A DNA stretch of 61,751 nucleotides, the filler included. It is 8 parts of 8 records of this genome, joined end to end, with 100 filler letters (N's around TTAATTAATTAA, not from the genome) between each part and the next. Parts side by side here need not be neighbours in the genome. Positions count along the whole stretch, not along the records: positions 43,717 to 51,247 come from SRR31156797_59477; positions 51,348 to 61,751 come from SRR31156797_59559; 6 more parts are not named here. One strand, written 5' to 3'. A program made the position numbers and the translations under genes. The notes below the pieces were generated by a model. The model made no database searches. It was not told where the DNA came from and saw only the letters and a program-made list of their open reading frames with translations. The first letter of the stretch is position 1, and every line of letters begins with the position of its first letter. Of this stretch, positions 48,993 to 58,382 are shown one piece after another.

Positions 48993-50237
48993 TTATTCAT
49001 AGCGGAGGGTTTCCACCGGATTGAGCCGCGAAGCCTGCCAGGCCGGGTACACCGTGGCCAGCAAGCTGACAAAAAGGGATGAAAAAATAATAACCGAAAC
49101 GTCAAATATCTCCATTTTGGCCGGCAATGTGGTTATGTAATAAACATCCGCGGGCAGATCTATAATCTGGCGTCTTTTCAGAATCTCACACAAAATGGTT
49201 GCAGCAGCGAAGCCAAGGGCGGTTCCCAACCCGCCGATTATGCTCCCCTGAAATATAAAAATCTTGGTTATGGTCCAACGGGTAGCGCCCATGGACTTCA
49301 GGATGGCTATGTCGCGGGCCTTTTCCATTACCACCATTATCAGCGTGGAAACGATGTTAAAAGCGGCGACCAGGATCGTCAGGCTGAGAATGATGAACAT
49401 GGCGTATTTCTGAATCGCCAGGGCGGAAAAAAGATTGCGGTTCATCTGCATCCAGTCCCGGGCCCAGTATGAACCGCCCAGTGCTTTCAAAATATTGCTT
49501 TTTATCTCAGCCGCCTTGTAAATATCATTGACGGTTATTTCAAGACCCGTGACGCCGCGGCCGAGGCTGAGAAAATCCTGGGCCTGGCTCAGGGATATAT
49601 AAGCCAGGGTGACATTATACTCGTACATGCCGGCGTCCATCAGCCCGCCGACCCTGAATAACCTCACGCTCGGCGCCCGTCCTCCCAATGGGGTGACCCG
49701 TCCCGCCGGCGCCATGATCCGCACAATGTCGCCCAACCCGACTCCCAGTTGCGTCGCCAGTTCCTTGCCCAATAGAATGCCGGGCCTGTAATCCGGAGGG
49801 GAGTCCTCTCCGGGATCGGCAAGGCTTTCCAGGCTGCCGGACATAAGGTTCCGCTCAAGTCCTGCCGGACCATTCAGTTGCCCGGGTGCGGCGCCTCTCA
49901 ATATGGCGCCCGATATGCCGCCTTTTGCGCTTATAAGCACCTGGTTGTATATAAATGGATTAACCGTGGCCACTCCTTCCACGTCCATAATGTTGGGAAG
50001 AAGGTCCCCGTAATTGTCCATGGGGTTTCCGAACTTTAGCACCACAATATGCGAATTTACCCCGAGTATCCGTTTTCGGACCTCTTCCTCGGTACCGCTC
50101 ATTACAGCCAGGACCACGATCAGAGCCGTGACCCCCAAAGCGACGCCGGCAAGGGATATCAAGCTGAAAAAAGAGATGAAGGCCTGTTTGCGCTTCGCTT
50201 TCAGGTACCTCCACCCTATCAGGGTCGAAACGGACAA
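48993..50237 (-). CDS. Lipoprotein-releasing ABC permease (LolC/E family), copy 1
   Basis: Same motif set as the neighbouring copy. Confidence 0.92.
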   Translation of the reverse strand: MSVSTLIGWRYLKAKRKQAFISFFSLISLAGVALGVTALIVVLAVMSGTEEEVRKRILGVNSHIVVLKFGNPMDNYGDLLPNIMDVEGVATVNPFIYNQVLISAKGGISGAILRGAAPGQLNGPAGLERNLMSGSLESLADPGEDSPPDYRPGILLGKELATQLGVGLGDIVRIMAPAGRVTPLGGRAPSVRLFRVGGLMDAGMYEYNVTLAYISLSQAQDFLSLGRGVTGLEITVNDIYKAAEIKSNILKALGGSYWARDWMQMNRNLFSALAIQKYAMFIILSLTILVAAFNIVSTLIMVVMEKARDIAILKSMGATRWTITKIFIFQGSIIGGLGTALGFAAATILCEILKRRQIIDLPADVYYITTLPAKMEIFDVSVIIFSSLFVSLLATVYPAWQASRLNPVETLRYE

Positions 50238-50253
50238 ACTCGCCTTACCCTCC

Positions 50254-51247
50254 CTACTTTTCGGGTCTTTGGTGCGGGAACAAAAGAACGTCTTTTATCG
50301 AGGCCACATCCGCGAACAGCATCACCAGACGATCGACGCCCACGCCTTCACCTCCGGCCGGGGGCATGCCGTACATAAGCGCTCGCACATAGTCTTCATC
50401 CATAAACTGGGCCTCTTCATCGCCTGCTTCCCGTTCCGCGACCTGGGAAAGGAAACGCTCCCTCTGATCAAAGGGATCGTTCAATTCGGAAAAACCGTTG
50501 GCCATCTCGCGTCCGACAATAAAAAGTTCGAAACGATCGGTCAAAGTTCCGTCGTCATCGCATTTTCTGGCCAGGGGGCTTATGTCGGCCGGGTAATGGG
50601 TCACAAACGTCGGATCGATCAGTTTGGGCTCCACCAATAGATCGAATATCTTGGCCAGTATTTTGCCATGTACTTCATAATCCGGCATATCAGCGCCCAG
50701 TTCGCGGCAATAAGCCAGGGCTTCCGAGCGGTCCTGAACTATCTTCTCGGGCGCCCCGCCGATTTCCGCCAGCGACTCGTGAAACCTGATTCTCTTCCAG
50801 GGCCTGGCCATGTTGACTTCGTGACCCTGGTAAGTCAAAGTCTCGCCGCCTTTGATATCTCTGGCCAGGGATGTGAACATTTCTTCCGTAATGTCCATCA
50901 TGTCATGGAAATCGGCATAGCACTGGTAGAATTCCATCATGGTGAACTCAGGATTGTGCTGGGTGGATATGCCCTCGTTACGAAAATTGCGGTTCAATTC
51001 AAAAACCCTGTCAAAACCGCCGACCAACAGCCTTTTTAAATACAGTTCCGGCGCAATACGAAGATAAAGCTTCATATCCAGGGCCTGGTGATGGGTTTCA
51101 AAAGGCTTGGCCGTGGCCCCTCCGGGAATAGGCTGCATCATCGGTGTTTCAACTTCAATGAACCCCCGGTCTTCCATGAATCTGCGTAAGGACGAGACAA
51201 TTTTGGCCCGCAACTGGAAAACTTCCCGCACGTGATCGTTCATGATC
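50254..51247 (-). CDS. lysS: Lysine--tRNA ligase class II, catalytic domain (5'-truncated)
   Basis: GFIEVETPMM, GGATAKPF.TH, YLRIAPELYLKRL, FRNEG...HNPEFT and YGMPPAGG.G.G.DRL. Confidence 0.95.
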
Positions 51248-51347
51248 NNNNNNNNNNNNNNNNNNNNNNNNNNNNNNNNNNNNNNNNNNNNTTAATTAAT
51301 TAANNNNNNNNNNNNNNNNNNNNNNNNNNNNNNNNNNNNNNNNNNNN
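51248..51347. other. Artificial contig spacer
   Basis: N44-TTAATTAATTAA-N44. Confidence 0.98.
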
Positions 51348-53030
51348 GATACAAACGAGCACCGCCTGGCCGGGCTGATCCTCAACAGCCGGGGGGCGTC
51401 AGAAGACCGGTCGCCGGTGATGCGCTTTGCTGAACAGGTCGCCCTGCCCGTGGTCCGGACCGTTCCCAGGAGCGATCGCTTCCGCCGGGCCGAAATCATG
51501 GAAAAAACCGTTGTGGAGGCGTTCCCCGATTCCCCCGAGGCCCGGGTGTTCCACGGGTTGGCCCGGAACATCCTGGAAACCACTCGCTTTTATCCGGCCT
51601 TCTTTCTTGACGAGCACTCCCTTGAACAGACGGTCTTCATGGGCAAGGAGCCGGGTAAGAAAATTGAAGCACCGGCCGCCGGGGATGGGCCGGATCTGCC
51701 TGTTGCGCCAAAGACCGCTCCTGCAACCGGTGGGGCTCCCGTGTTTTTGTCAAAGAGCATGATGACCCGGGAACCCCTCCACGGCTGCGCCTTTGCCGGC
51801 GCCCTTGCCACCACCACCCAGGTGGTGGATGCCATCACCGTTGCCCACGGTCCCAGGAGCTGTACCCACATTGCTTTCCAGGCTATCTTCTCGGCCGGGC
51901 TCAGGCTCCATACCCAGAAGAGGATGCTGGTGCCCAGCCAGCTGGCCCCGGCTGTCATCTCCTCGGACATGGATGAGAACACGGTGATTTTCGGTGGTAA
52001 CGACACCCTGGCCCGGACCCTTGAAACCGCCATCGAAAAAAAGCCCGCAGCCCTGTTCCTTTTGACCACCTGTCCCTCGGGGGTGATCGGGGATGATCCC
52101 GATGCCGCCGTTGAGGAGATCCGGTCCCGCCATCCGGACCTGCCCGTTATTCCCATCACCACGGACGGCAATCTCCGGGGCGACTACATGCAGGGGGTGC
52201 TTAACGCCTGCATGGAGGGGGCGGCAGCCCTCATGGATCCAACGGTCCGCCCCAGGCCGGACCTGGTCAACGTCATTGCCGAGAAAAACATCGCCTATAA
52301 TGCGGAAGAGAATTTCAAGACCATCTCCGGCATCCTTCATCGGATGGATATCCGGGTCAACTGCCGGTTCGTGAGAAACACCCGGGTGGACGAACTCAAG
52401 GGCTTCCTCAGGGCCGGGCTGAACCTGCCCGCCTATACCGATTACTTCGGCCGGATCATGGCCGATTTCCTGAAGGAGCGCTTTGACAGCCCCACGGCAA
52501 GCCTTCCGTTTCCCGTGGGATTCACCGAGAGCAAGCTCTGGATCCGGGAGATCGCGGCCTTTTTCAACAAGGAGGCCAAAGGCGAAGCCCTCATCGACAC
52601 CTTCCGGGGACGGTATGAGATCCTGATCGCAACCTACCGCAACGCCCTCAGGGGCAAGCGCCTCATGATCATCACCTATGTTCACAATGTGGACTGGATC
52701 CTTGAGGCGGCCTTTGACCTTGGCATGGTGATTTCCAAGGTGTGCATCCTGAACTACTCCCAGGACAACCGGTTCACCACCCGTTACCCCGGCCGGTTCG
52801 AGGTGGAGACCGATTATCCGCCCCGGCAGCGGGACAAGGACCTCAACCGGTTGAAACCGGATATCCTGGTGGGCAACTATACGCCCAAGTCCCTTCCCTT
52901 TCCCCTCCATGTGGATACCATTCCCATGTGCCCGGATGTGGGGTTCTACGGGGGGATCGCCTTTGCCCGGCGTTGGGCAAGCCTTGTGAAATCACCGGTA
53001 AACGAAGGATGGAAAAACGATGGAATTTGA
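51348..53030 (+). CDS. Nitrogenase-like fusion: NifH-like C-terminus joined to a NifD/E/BchN-like subunit (5'-truncated)
   Basis: Frame is open from the contig edge. RLAGLILNSRG...VPRSD.FRRAEI..KTVVE..PDS.EA.VF..LA (NifH tail), a linker, then HGCAFAGA, HGPRSC, SDMDE..VIFGG...L and TTCPSGVIGDD. Confidence 0.85.
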   Translation, partial: DTNEHRLAGLILNSRGASEDRSPVMRFAEQVALPVVRTVPRSDRFRRAEIMEKTVVEAFPDSPEARVFHGLARNILETTRFYPAFFLDEHSLEQTVFMGKEPGKKIEAPAAGDGPDLPVAPKTAPATGGAPVFLSKSMMTREPLHGCAFAGALATTTQVVDAITVAHGPRSCTHIAFQAIFSAGLRLHTQKRMLVPSQLAPAVISSDMDENTVIFGGNDTLARTLETAIEKKPAALFLLTTCPSGVIGDDPDAAVEEIRSRHPDLPVIPITTDGNLRGDYMQGVLNACMEGAAALMDPTVRPRPDLVNVIAEKNIAYNAEENFKTISGILHRMDIRVNCRFVRNTRVDELKGFLRAGLNLPAYTDYFGRIMADFLKERFDSPTASLPFPVGFTESKLWIREIAAFFNKEAKGEALIDTFRGRYEILIATYRNALRGKRLMIITYVHNVDWILEAAFDLGMVISKVCILNYSQDNRFTTRYPGRFEVETDYPPRQRDKDLNRLKPDILVGNYTPKSLPFPLHVDTIPMCPDVGFYGGIAFARRWASLVKSPVNEGWKNDGI

Positions 53031-54312
53031 TTGCCGGCCCATACCCCCGGACAGTTTTACCGGTGCCGTCATGGCCGTGGAGGGCATTCGTGATGCCGCG
53101 GTACTCCTCAACGGTCCCACGGGATGCAAGTTTTATCACGGGTCGATCTCGGAGATTCTCCTGCCCCGGGCCGAGTATCTCGATCCCCTTTACTACTCGG
53201 AAGAGTTCTACTTTGCCCAGCCACGGGTGCCGGCCACCTATCTTGACGACTATGACTATGTGTTCGGGGCCACCCAAAAGCTTGAGAAGATCCTTCCCGT
53301 GGTCGCGGAAAAAGGTCATTCCCTGATCGCCATTGTCAACTCTCCCGGGGCCGCCCTGATCGGCGACGACCTGGAACGGTTCATCAAGAACGCTTGCCTG
53401 CCGGTGCCCTGCATTGCCATTGAAAATACGGGGTTTTCAGACACCTTTGCCGCCGGTTTCCAGGACGGTGTCCTCCAGGTGATCAAGCAGGTGGATCCAT
53501 CCCCCGGCATCCCTGAAAAACACACGGTCAACCTGCTGGGCCTCTCCATCTTTCACCATCACTGGCAGGGCAACCTCAACGAGATCACAACCCTTCTCAA
53601 CGCCTGCGGCATCGAGGTCAACACCGTCCTTTGTGCCGGCACCACCATTCCCGGGATAGAGAACCTGGGATCGGCCGGGTGCAATCTTGTGATACACCGG
53701 GAATACGCGGATCAACTGGCACCCTTTTTACAGGCCCGGTTCCAGATGCCCACCCTGATGCCATCCGTGGGCGCGCCCATCGGGTTTGAGGCGACCGAAG
53801 CCTGGATCGATGACGTTTGCCGCGGCTTGGCGCTTGATCCGGGGCCGGCAATGGCCATCATCAAGAACGCCCGGCGGCGCAGCCATGAAGTGCTTAACCG
53901 GTTCAACTCCCTGACCGGCCTGCCAAAGGGGGCGACCTTTGCCGTATCCGCGGATGCCTCCATTGCCTTGCCGTTGGTGACCTGGCTTTACAATTATCTC
54001 GGCATGGTGCCCGTGGCAGTAAAACTTGCTGAGGCCGAGGATCATTTGGCGGATGAGTTAAACGCTTTTCTCCACAGCATCGGGTGCCAGGATGCCTGGA
54101 ATGCCGATATGGCCGGGACGCCACCCGATATTGTCTTTGGCAGCGAAGCCGATATCTCACGCCTGCGGCTCACGGGACATCCCTTTACCGGTATCGATAT
54201 TTCCCTTCCCGCTTCAAGCCGTATCCACGTGGTTGAGAAAAGTTTCATGGGCGTCCAGGGCACTCTTTACCTTATCGAACAGATCATCAACGGCCTGTTC
54301 CGGGGCATGTGA
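53020..54312 (+). CDS. Nitrogenase component-1-like subunit (NifK/BchB/BchZ-like)
   Basis: PDSFTGA..AVEG, LLNGPTGCKFY, DYVFG...KL, NSPGAALIGDDL, VNLLG, PIGF.AT..W and FMG..G.LYL.E. Overlaps the upstream stop. Confidence 0.85.
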   Translation: MEFDCRPIPPDSFTGAVMAVEGIRDAAVLLNGPTGCKFYHGSISEILLPRAEYLDPLYYSEEFYFAQPRVPATYLDDYDYVFGATQKLEKILPVVAEKGHSLIAIVNSPGAALIGDDLERFIKNACLPVPCIAIENTGFSDTFAAGFQDGVLQVIKQVDPSPGIPEKHTVNLLGLSIFHHHWQGNLNEITTLLNACGIEVNTVLCAGTTIPGIENLGSAGCNLVIHREYADQLAPFLQARFQMPTLMPSVGAPIGFEATEAWIDDVCRGLALDPGPAMAIIKNARRRSHEVLNRFNSLTGLPKGATFAVSADASIALPLVTWLYNYLGMVPVAVKLAEAEDHLADELNAFLHSIGCQDAWNADMAGTPPDIVFGSEADISRLRLTGHPFTGIDISLPASSRIHVVEKSFMGVQGTLYLIEQIINGLFRGM

Positions 54313-54336
54313 TCACAGAAAAGTGCGCCGGATCTG

Positions 54337-54365
54337 TTGACAGGGAATAATAAGTATCATATTCT
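54337..54365 (+). promoter_or_regulatory. Sigma-70 promoter for the ABC transporter operon
   Basis: TTGACA-N17-TATTCT, about 230 nt upstream of the binding-protein gene. Confidence 0.6.
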
Positions 54366-54596
54366 AATGCTTGTAAATAAAAGGAAAACTCGTTCCGGAA
54401 AAAATCCTCAATAAGAATTATCCTCGCCCGGGGCTGTATCTAAAATAGACGTTTCCATACACTGCTTCGTCAATCTGCTTTTTACTGACCATTAAACGGT
54501 ACAAGACATCCTGTGTTTCACACCTTTACCATGGATCAACAGGTCCATAGCGTTATGGTTTAAGACAAGAAGCGTGAATGAAATAAAGGAGGTTTT

Positions 54597-55805
54597 ATGA
54601 AAAAGCTTATTTCATTATTTGTCTGTTGTCCCATGATATTGCTTTTAACCTTACCCCTCGGCGCCGACGAGGTCATCAAAATCGGCGGGGTCGGCCCCCT
54701 TTCCGCTCCCGGATCGTTTGAGAGCGGTAAAGAGATGAAAATGGCCATGGAGCAGGCGGTGGAGGAGATCAATGGGACAGGCGGCGTCCTGGGGAAAAAG
54801 GTCGTATTGGTCTTTGAGGATACCCAGGGGCTGCCCGAAAAAGGCACGGCAGCCATGGAACGGCTGGTGGAAAAACAGAAAGCCGTTGCCGTGGTGGGAG
54901 AATTCCACAGCTCTGTCGCCAAAGCCGAGATAGAAGTCGCCAACAGGCTGAAGATCCCTTTGATCATTGCCGAAGCCTGGGCCGATGTGATCACCGCGAA
55001 ACAATACAGATACGTGTTCAGAATCGCGCCGGCAAACTCTCTTTTTTACCGTAAAATCGCGGATTGGATTCAAGCCGCCGGGTTTAAAAATGTTGTGATG
55101 ATCACGGAAAATTCCGATTATGGCATCGGGGTTGAAAGGGTGATCCGGGAGGCGTTGAAAACCGCCGGGATCAAAATCACTTCCATTACCGCCGAAAGAA
55201 CGATCCAGGATTTTACTCCCCAGCTTCTGCGGTTCAAGCTGAGCAAGCCACGGCCGGACCTGCTCTTTGGGATTTTTACGGGCGCCGGTGAGTTGCTCAT
55301 GGTCAAGCAGGCCCATGAGATCGGGTTTGCCCCCACAAAGGAAACCGCCATGTTTGCCGTGGGTACCGATGCCCTACATAAGGAATTCTGGGAAATCACC
55401 GGTGAAAGCGGCAAATACACCCTCACAAAGACAGGGTACTATCCCGGGATTAAGTTTACCGAAAAGACCGACCCCTTTATCAAGCGTTTTAAAAGGAAAT
55501 TCAACCGGGAACCCACCTTCGCTGCCATGGAAGCCTACGAGGCCGTGTACCTGGTGGCGGATGCCATTCAAAGGGCCGGGTCCACCGATCCTGATGCCAT
55601 CGTAACAGCCCTGGAAAAAACCAGGTATACCGGGCTTCGCGGTGTGATCAGCTTTTCCCTGGACAGGGAACCGGCTTACATGTACCACCAGTGGCCGGGG
55701 ACGCCCTCCTTTGTCATTCAGTATACGGAGGTGGATCAGCCGTATACGGATGCGTTGCTTCTCTGGCCCAAAGAGTTCAGCGATGGAAGCCTCATAAAAC
55801 CCTAG
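54597..55805 (+). CDS. Liv/HAAT-family ABC substrate-binding protein
   Basis: Signal peptide; IKIG.VGPLS, AVEEIN..GGVLG, EDTQG.PE.G, ENSDYG and Y.AV...ADAI.RAGS.D. Confidence 0.9.
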   Translation: MKKLISLFVCCPMILLLTLPLGADEVIKIGGVGPLSAPGSFESGKEMKMAMEQAVEEINGTGGVLGKKVVLVFEDTQGLPEKGTAAMERLVEKQKAVAVVGEFHSSVAKAEIEVANRLKIPLIIAEAWADVITAKQYRYVFRIAPANSLFYRKIADWIQAAGFKNVVMITENSDYGIGVERVIREALKTAGIKITSITAERTIQDFTPQLLRFKLSKPRPDLLFGIFTGAGELLMVKQAHEIGFAPTKETAMFAVGTDALHKEFWEITGESGKYTLTKTGYYPGIKFTEKTDPFIKRFKRKFNREPTFAAMEAYEAVYLVADAIQRAGSTDPDAIVTALEKTRYTGLRGVISFSLDREPAYMYHQWPGTPSFVIQYTEVDQPYTDALLLWPKEFSDGSLIKP

Positions 55806-55834
55806 TGGGCCCCCACCGGTCCGGGAGAAGTTTC

Positions 55835-56737
55835 ATGACTGAATATTTCATCCTTCAGGCATTGAACGGCCTTATCATCGGTCTTATCTACGCATTGATG
55901 GCCCTGGGCCTGACCTTGATCTTTTCAGTGCTCAAGATCGTGAATTTTGCCCATGGCGAACTGTACATGCTGGGGGCGTATTTCTCCTATTATCTGGCAA
56001 AACTGCTGGGGTTCCCCCCTGTCCTGGCCGTGTTGTCGGCCATCATCATCGTGTTTTTTCTGGGCGTTTTGATTGAAGTGTTGTTTCTTCGGCCGGTTTA
56101 TACGGGAGCTGTGGAGCGAAAAGACGAATACGCCATACTGATCACCTTTGGCCTGTCCATTTTTTTGCAGAACCTTGCTCTTTTCGTGTTTGGTCCCTGG
56201 ACACGGCGGTCTCCCTCTTTTATGTCCGGCACCACCTCCGTCCATTCCCTGAGCATCAGTAATGATCGGCTCTTTGTGTCCGCCCTGGCCGTGGTTTTCA
56301 TGGTCGCGGCATTGATAATCATCGGCCGGACCTTTATCGGAAAGGGGTTGCGGGCCGTCAGCCAGGACAGGGACGCCGCTGCCATTGCCGGCATCAATCC
56401 CTTTAAGATGAACCTTTTGGCCTTTGGCGCCGGCTCTGCCCTGGCAGCCGCGGGCGGGGCCCTTATCGGGCCGATCTTTCTGATATTTCCCACCATGGGC
56501 GCCATGCCGGTGATAAAATCCTTTGTTATCATTGTGCTGGGGGGCATGGGGTCCATCAGAGGATGCATTATCGCAAGTCTTATCCTGGGGGAGGCGGAGA
56601 GTCTGGGGTCTGTGCTGTTTCCGGATCCGACCCGGGGGCTGGCCTATAAAAACGCCCTGGGACTTTTGTTCCTGGTGGTTGTGCTGCTCTTGAAACCCAC
56701 CGGTTTGTTTGGTGAAAAGCATGTAAGGATGAAGTGA
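55835..56737 (+). CDS. Liv-type ABC permease (LivH-like)
   Basis: G.IYALMALGLTLIF...IVNFAHGE, GLRAVSQD...A...GIN and LGGMGS. Confidence 0.9.
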   Translation: MTEYFILQALNGLIIGLIYALMALGLTLIFSVLKIVNFAHGELYMLGAYFSYYLAKLLGFPPVLAVLSAIIIVFFLGVLIEVLFLRPVYTGAVERKDEYAILITFGLSIFLQNLALFVFGPWTRRSPSFMSGTTSVHSLSISNDRLFVSALAVVFMVAALIIIGRTFIGKGLRAVSQDRDAAAIAGINPFKMNLLAFGAGSALAAAGGALIGPIFLIFPTMGAMPVIKSFVIIVLGGMGSIRGCIIASLILGEAESLGSVLFPDPTRGLAYKNALGLLFLVVVLLLKPTGLFGEKHVRMK

Positions 56738-56744
56738 CGTAATC

Positions 56745-57686
56745 TTGAAAAATATAAAACGCCTGACAACCATGGGGCTGCTTTTGGCGGCAGCGGTCCT
56801 GCCGTTTGCCACCGATGGTTACTGGCTCCACATCATTATCATTGCCTATTATTATGCGTTGCTGGCTTCCAGCTGGTGTTTGCTTGCCGGCTATGCCGGG
56901 CAGTTCTCGTTCGCCCACGCGGCCCTTGGGGCCGTGGGGGCCTACACCTCGGCTTTACTTGTATTGAATACGGATCTGCCGCCCGGTTTCAGCATCCTCA
57001 TCGGCAGTTTTGCCGCTGCCGGGGTCGGGCTCTTTATCGGTTTTCTCTGTCTTCGATTGCAGGGACCCTATCTGGCGCTTTTTACCATTGCCTATTCCGA
57101 AATTTTCAGAATCGCGCTGAATGCCGAATACCGCTATACCGGCGGTAATTTCGGTTTGAACGTACCCCCGCTTTTTGCCCGGGAATCCAGGGTGCTGTAT
57201 TATTACACCATTCTTACCATATTGATCCTGTCGCTTCTTGTCATGTATAAAATCGTGAATTCCAGGCTGGGTCTGTTTTTCCGGGCGGTACGGGAGGATG
57301 AAGACGCGGCCGCGACCCTTGGCGTGAATGTGGTCAAGTATAAGATTATGGCGTTTGTCATTACTAGCTTTTTTGCCGGGCTTGCCGGCGGGTTTTACGC
57401 CCATTATGTCCGCATCCTCACCCCGAATATCATACAGCTGCCCCAGATGGGACTGATCATCGCAATGGTGGTGATCGGCGGGATAGAGAGCCTGGCCGGT
57501 GCCGTGGCAGGGGCATTGATCCTGCAGCTGGCCGCGGAATATCTGCGGGATTATGAGGAGTTGCGCTGGGTGTTCTTTGGGCTGCTGCTCGTGATTACCC
57601 TGCGGTTTTCTCAAAACGGGCTGATCTATCCGATTTATAAAAGATTGACTAAAAAAAGTGAAAATAACCATGCTGAAGGTGAGTAG
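56745..57686 (+). CDS. Liv-type ABC permease (LivM-like)
   Basis: GYAGQFSFAHAA, LRLQGPYLAL.T, RAVREDE.AA..LGVN and MVVIGG. Confidence 0.9.
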   Translation: MKNIKRLTTMGLLLAAAVLPFATDGYWLHIIIIAYYYALLASSWCLLAGYAGQFSFAHAALGAVGAYTSALLVLNTDLPPGFSILIGSFAAAGVGLFIGFLCLRLQGPYLALFTIAYSEIFRIALNAEYRYTGGNFGLNVPPLFARESRVLYYYTILTILILSLLVMYKIVNSRLGLFFRAVREDEDAAATLGVNVVKYKIMAFVITSFFAGLAGGFYAHYVRILTPNIIQLPQMGLIIAMVVIGGIESLAGAVAGALILQLAAEYLRDYEELRWVFFGLLLVITLRFSQNGLIYPIYKRLTKKSENNHAEGE

Positions 57687-58380
57687 GGTGACAAAGCGTT
57701 TCGGGGGCCTGACCGCTTTGGAGAATGTCTCGTTCAACGTGGCGGAGAATGAACTTCTGGGCGTTATCGGCCCCAATGGTTCCGGCAAAACCACCCTGAT
57801 CAATTTGATCAATGGCATCCATAAACCTGACAACGGTGAGATTCTTTTCCGGGATAAGCGCATTGACCGGCTCTCTTCCTATAAAATCGCTAAAAAAGGA
57901 ATCGGAAGGACCTTCCAGGTTACCAGAATCTTCAGGCGGATGAGCGTCATGGAGAATATGATGGTGCCCGCCCTTTCCATCTCCAAATCGGAGAATCCGG
58001 TAGCCCTGCTTCAGAAGGCCCTTGACATTCTTGGGCTTTTAAAAATCGTGCATCTCAAGGACGAGTATGGGAGAAGTCTTTCCGGGGGCCAGCATAAGTT
58101 GCTGGAACTGGGGCGGGTGTTGATGCTGGATCCGGATCTGATCCTGCTGGATGAACCCTTTGCAGGGGTGCATCCTGAATTGAAAGAGGAACTCCATGAC
58201 CATATCCGGAAACTTCATGGCCGGGGCAAGACCTTTGTGTTAATCAGCCATGACATGCATTCCATATTCAGTCTCAGCCAGCGGCTCATGGTGCTGAGCT
58301 CAGGGAAAAAAATAGCCCATGGCACGCCTGAAGAGATCAAGAACAATGAAGAAGTCATCGAAGCCTATCTGGGAAACTAA
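57670..58380 (+). CDS. Liv-type ABC ATPase (LivG-like)
   Basis: KRFGGL.A, GPNGSGKTT, GIGRTFQ, LLDEPFAG and V.EAYLG. Confidence 0.9.
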   Translation: MLKVSRVTKRFGGLTALENVSFNVAENELLGVIGPNGSGKTTLINLINGIHKPDNGEILFRDKRIDRLSSYKIAKKGIGRTFQVTRIFRRMSVMENMMVPALSISKSENPVALLQKALDILGLLKIVHLKDEYGRSLSGGQHKLLELGRVLMLDPDLILLDEPFAGVHPELKEELHDHIRKLHGRGKTFVLISHDMHSIFSLSQRLMVLSSGKKIAHGTPEEIKNNEEVIEAYLGN

Positions 58381-58382
58381 AT

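Noticed and set aside
51348-54312. Bona fide nitrogenase (nifHDK or nifEN)
   Set aside because: FeMo-co ligands and two of the three beta-subunit P-cluster cysteines are missing, and no nif accessory genes follow.
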